Shown here: positions 60,201 through 64,000 of the stretch, piece after piece
Position numbering within the stretch: position 1 is the stretch's first letter
Layout of the letters: each line of letters opens with the position of its first letter
Program-made: the position numbers and the translations under genes
Notes under the pieces: model-generated
The model's input: the letters and a program-made list of their open reading frames with translations, nothing else
Databases searched by the model: none
Told to the model about the DNA's origin: nothing
From: Amoebophrya sp. A120
Lineage: Eukaryota > Protista > Dinoflagellata
Assembly (NCBI GenBank): GCA_905178155.1
Contig: CAJINV010000009.1
Span: 1,671,907-1,735,906, forward strand
Direction of reading: 5' to 3'
Length of the DNA: 64,000 nt

Positions 60201-63200
60201 TATTGCACGACACGTGCTCAGGTAGAAGCACTGCCTGTTAGGCAGATGCAGATTCAACAATGCATTCACAAACTTCAAATCATCGATTCTACCGGCAATG
60301 CGACGACACAATTTAGCGATCGGCTTTGCAGCAGCGGTTCTTTCTGCTTTTCTCCCTGAAGGGCAATGGCGCCACCTGGCGCGGGTTCCGACGTGCGCGG
60401 ACGATCTGCGGCACTGCGTCCTGAAGCGTTACTTTGTTCTGCAAGTTCTTCTATTCCGGCAGTTCCAGAGACAGATGCTGGAATTGGTGCATCAAGCGAT
60501 CTACTCTTAAACAAGTCGTTCCACGATGGCACAACGCCATTTGACGTTGTACTAGAAGACGAGGAAGCGGAGGACCCCATAAATTTGGTCGTGTTTGTTC
60601 TCCCGACAAATTTATTCTTCGCTTCGGAGGGTGGAGCGACCTCGTCTTCAACAATGAGCTCTGCGAGTACAGGCCGCTGCTTGCTTGAACTAGATCCACC
60701 TGCTGGACCGATGGCGCGCGTGGTGGTGGAAGTAGTTGCACCACTTCCGTCTGATGCTCCTGCAGAATATGCTAGAGGTGGAGCTGCGCCCGCGTCGGCT
60801 CCTGGTGTGTTTTTCTCGGTAACAAAAATCTCAGGTGTCAATGCCTGCCGACTATCTCCTTCGTCTTCCTGCACGGAGGAACGGTTCAGGTTCTTTGGCT
60901 TGGTGCTCGTGTTATACGAGCATCCGTTCAGCGGCGAAATGGGTCCTCCTTTGCTGCTGGAGGAGCTCAATGCCATCAACGGCAACGTCGTACCTGCGCC
61001 AGGCCCGCCTGCATTCCATTTGGGAGCTGGAAAGCGAGCGTTTGGGGAGTGTTGCTGCGACAGGAAGTTTGCTCGCCTGCTGGTCGTGCTCCGGCTGCTC
61101 AAGGTCGACGTCGGAGATAGTATCGCAAGAAAAAAGTGTCACAGTTACACATTTTGTTGCAGGCCAAGCAAGACAGACAAGCTCCGTCATGCCGGATAAG
61201 CATCGGAGCCTCGTTTCACGCGTGTTTTCCCGTAGGATTTCTGCATTGCAAGTTTTTTCTCTCATGCAGAGAAATTTGTGTTGCTGCATTGACAACAGGA
61301 GGTGTGTAACTGTAACACTTTTTTCTTGGGATAGATAGGGCACAGGGACCACTAGCGCCTTGTTGTGGTGCAGCTACGCCTTGGCCTTGGAGCAGCAACA
61401 ACTGCTGTTGCTTCTGCTGCCCGATGACATCACCAGCTCCACTAAAAAACGAGTCGTCTTGCTTTCCTGACGTTGCAATGGGAGCCGCAAAGCTTAAGCT
61501 AGTACTTTGCTTCCGCTGATGAACTGCAAAATTCTGGAATTGATCGGACAATAGGGACAACCTTTCGTCCATGAGCTCCTGCTGGGTTTTCCAAGTGCGG
61601 ATCGCGTCTTGCATTTTCGCACTCTGAGTTTGCACCTCGTCTTCCAGCTGCCTGCAGCGAAGCGCCGACTCCTGCAAAACTTCCTGCAGCAACTGCTTTA
61701 CACGGGTTTCCGGAAGGTATTTCATCTCGTTGCTACACTCTTTCCGCAGCTTTTTCGACCGCAAAGTGATGTAGCTTTGGTCTTCTTGGCCTTGATGACT
61801 CTGGCCCGCAGCAGTTGTCGCGTCACTCCTGCTAGTGTCCCCATAATTCTCAACATCTGCAGAGGTTTGCCGCAGCCCCAACTTCATGCTAGTGGGCCCC
61901 CCTTCCCCTTCGAGGTCGCTCAACATTGTCGTGCTACTGGAATTCGGTTCTTCAGTGAGGTCCTCAACGAATTTGTCGGCGCGCGCAAGCATCGACGAAC
62001 CGAGAGGGGCAAAAAAGCCGTTTGCTAGAAGTTGTTCGTCTTTGTCCTGCATTTTGTTCGGACAACTGGCCGTCCTCGTCTCGTCATTCGGTAAAGTTTG
62101 GGACAAGCTCGTTGTACCGCAACCGTTTTTACTAAAAGTTTGATCTTGAAGATTTTCCTGCTGTTCCTCGACGACCGCAGAATGTAGTTCTTCGCCACTT
62201 TGGCCACTATTCCTGATTTTCAGCATCAGGTCAAGGGCTTTTCTGTGGGCTGGACCGACCTTCTTTAGGAACTTGACATCAACGTCGCCGTGAAGCAGCT
62301 CGCTGGGAGAAAGTGAGGAGGATCCGGCAACGTCGTCGGCATTTGCATGTGGCGGGTGCCGATAGGCATCACTTTCCGGGGAGCATGCGTCCGTCGTCTT
62401 CGCATACTGCCGGCTGATCGTGCTCGTCATTTCATCCACCTGTTGTACTTCATCACGACTATTTGCATTTTTCCCGCCAATTGTCCTCACCAGGTGAAGA
62501 TGCTGCTCGAAGGCAGGCATGGCTTGATAGAATGGTTCTGCCCCCGCGGAGGTCCTCCACGACCCGGCCCCGTGTTCCTGCTGTCGTGTGTTCGTCAGTT
62601 CTTGATCTTCCCCCAGAAGCTGGGCGGCGTCCCTTGTTGTGGCCGCGGATTCTTTCGTTGTCCCCCTCTCAATATCTTCCACCCTGATCTGCTGTTGGTG
62701 CCGGGGTGCCGTGCTGTAGACACAGGATCCTGGCGGGACTAGCGATTCCGCGCTCGAGGTAACCGGCGAGCACTTCGAGGGAAGAAACTTCGGATTTGTC
62801 ATCTTGGTCTCAGTGGTCGGAGGTGGACCCAGTTCGTCCTGATACGCACTCGTGCGAAGATTTGGAGTCGAGGAAAACGTCGCGGTCTTGTTGCCCCCCG
62901 TTGGGGCAGTAGTACAAGCAGCAGCTGCGTGATCGACGAACACGAGAGCCTCACTAGGAGGTGCAGCGCAGGACCCGCTAGTGCTTTCCTCCAGGATTCC
63001 AGCGGAAGAAGCTGAGGCGCAACTTGAGGACAAGTTATGGCCGTAAGTTGAGGAACTACTTCCACCGTCCTCTAGCGTGCTGCTCGAGTTTTCAATTTCA
63101 TCCTGACCTCGACCAGGGATGGCGTCCTTTCGGCCAAGGGCGAGTCCGCTTCGCCGAGGAAAAACTTCGTCGTCCATTTCCTCCGCTGTAGTCGTGATAC

Positions 63201-64000
63201 CGTTATCCACGACCGTGACTGTGCTGGTCCTCGGTTCTTGCCGTTCTTCGGAAGAGTGACCACCTGTCAATGTCGTGAACATCTCGTCTGCGCACTCGCC
63301 AGTTGCAAGGAGAGCTGCGGCGTCGGATGCAGACCTTGGGAGTTTTGTAGAAAGTGATCAAGATCATTTATGTTTGACTTTGTCATGACATCACGATGGT
63401 ACCGATGATGAAGCTGCTTCTGTCGTTTGTTACATCAATGACGACAAAGAGTGAAGACTTTTATTTTCTCCTCGACACCGACACGATCGATATATGATTT
63501 TGATTTATCAAAAATCGGAAAAAATTTTCAAGTGCGAGGTCACAGAAACGACAACACAACTACTGCACCAGCAAGAAAGGTCAAGAAGTGCAATAGCATT
63601 CTTTACTGCTCTTCTCTTCCTGGTACAACAGCTCCAGCTGTCCCGCCACGCTTTACACGATCGGCCTGCACAAAGGGGTTATTTGACAGAGACGACGTCG
63701 AGTACATTCGTGCAAGCTCCATCTCATAGGCTTTTTTTGCTTCTTGGATGCTCGCCGAGTTAGAGTCCAGATCTGCTCGATTGTCCATAGAGAGTGAGCA
63801 AGAACAAGATTCATCTGACTCGTCCGCGCGTGCATCTTCTAGTTTGGCTTGGTTCATCTCCAGGAGTTCTTGGTTTTTTCCAGCTATCGCGCAGTCGTTA
63901 TGATTTTCGTAATGCCGACGACCTCCAAGAGTTTGAGTTGTATCTAGAGAAGCCTGGAGGTGCTCGCCGGCTTCGGGTGGATTTCGACTGTTGAGATCAC
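57216..64000 (-). CDS. Large disordered protein with a central coiled coil (partial; 5' end outside window)
   Basis: Chain of same-strand ORFs (63603+, 61216-63282, 60275-61102, 59034-60017, 57997-58944, 57216-57833) with frame-compatible joins; only the join across 61121-61333 is firm. Confidence 0.55.
61121..61333. mobile_element. Introner, family B
   Basis: TATCGCAAGAAAAAAGTGTCACAGTTACACA ... GTGTAACTGTAACACTTTTTTCTTGGGATA; perfect TSD GATAG; similar to 26975-27188; joins PCALS|PTSTL. Confidence 0.93.

Overview
This is eukaryotic, gene-dense DNA carrying about 10 protein genes, all on the minus strand. The organisation most resembles the parasitic syndinian dinoflagellate Amoebophrya (inference from unidirectional genes and non-canonical inverted-repeat introns). 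The main signal is about 30 short (150-550 bp) non-coding elements from about 9 sequence families, all inserted inside coding sequence. Nearly all begin TAT and end ATA, have terminal inverted repeats (TIRs), are flanked by a 5-bp target-site duplication (TSD; 16 perfect), and share an internal TTTGT(C/G)ATGC motif. Removing them restores open, sensible reading frames, so they behave as transposon-derived introns (introners). The geometry suggests a splice rule N|TAT...ATA|N (NT-AN) that works in either orientation, becomes GT-AG when the flanking TSD bases are G, and would leave one duplicated codon in the mRNA. Reassembled genes include a secreted GMC-oxidoreductase/aldo-keto-reductase fusion, a membrane-anchored kinase-PP2C fusion, a Cys-rich type I membrane protein, a large multi-pass membrane protein and a P-loop protein. 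There is also one intergenic TA-flanked MITE. No transposase, RNA gene or CRISPR array was seen. All exon joins were assembled by hand and need RNA-seq confirmation.
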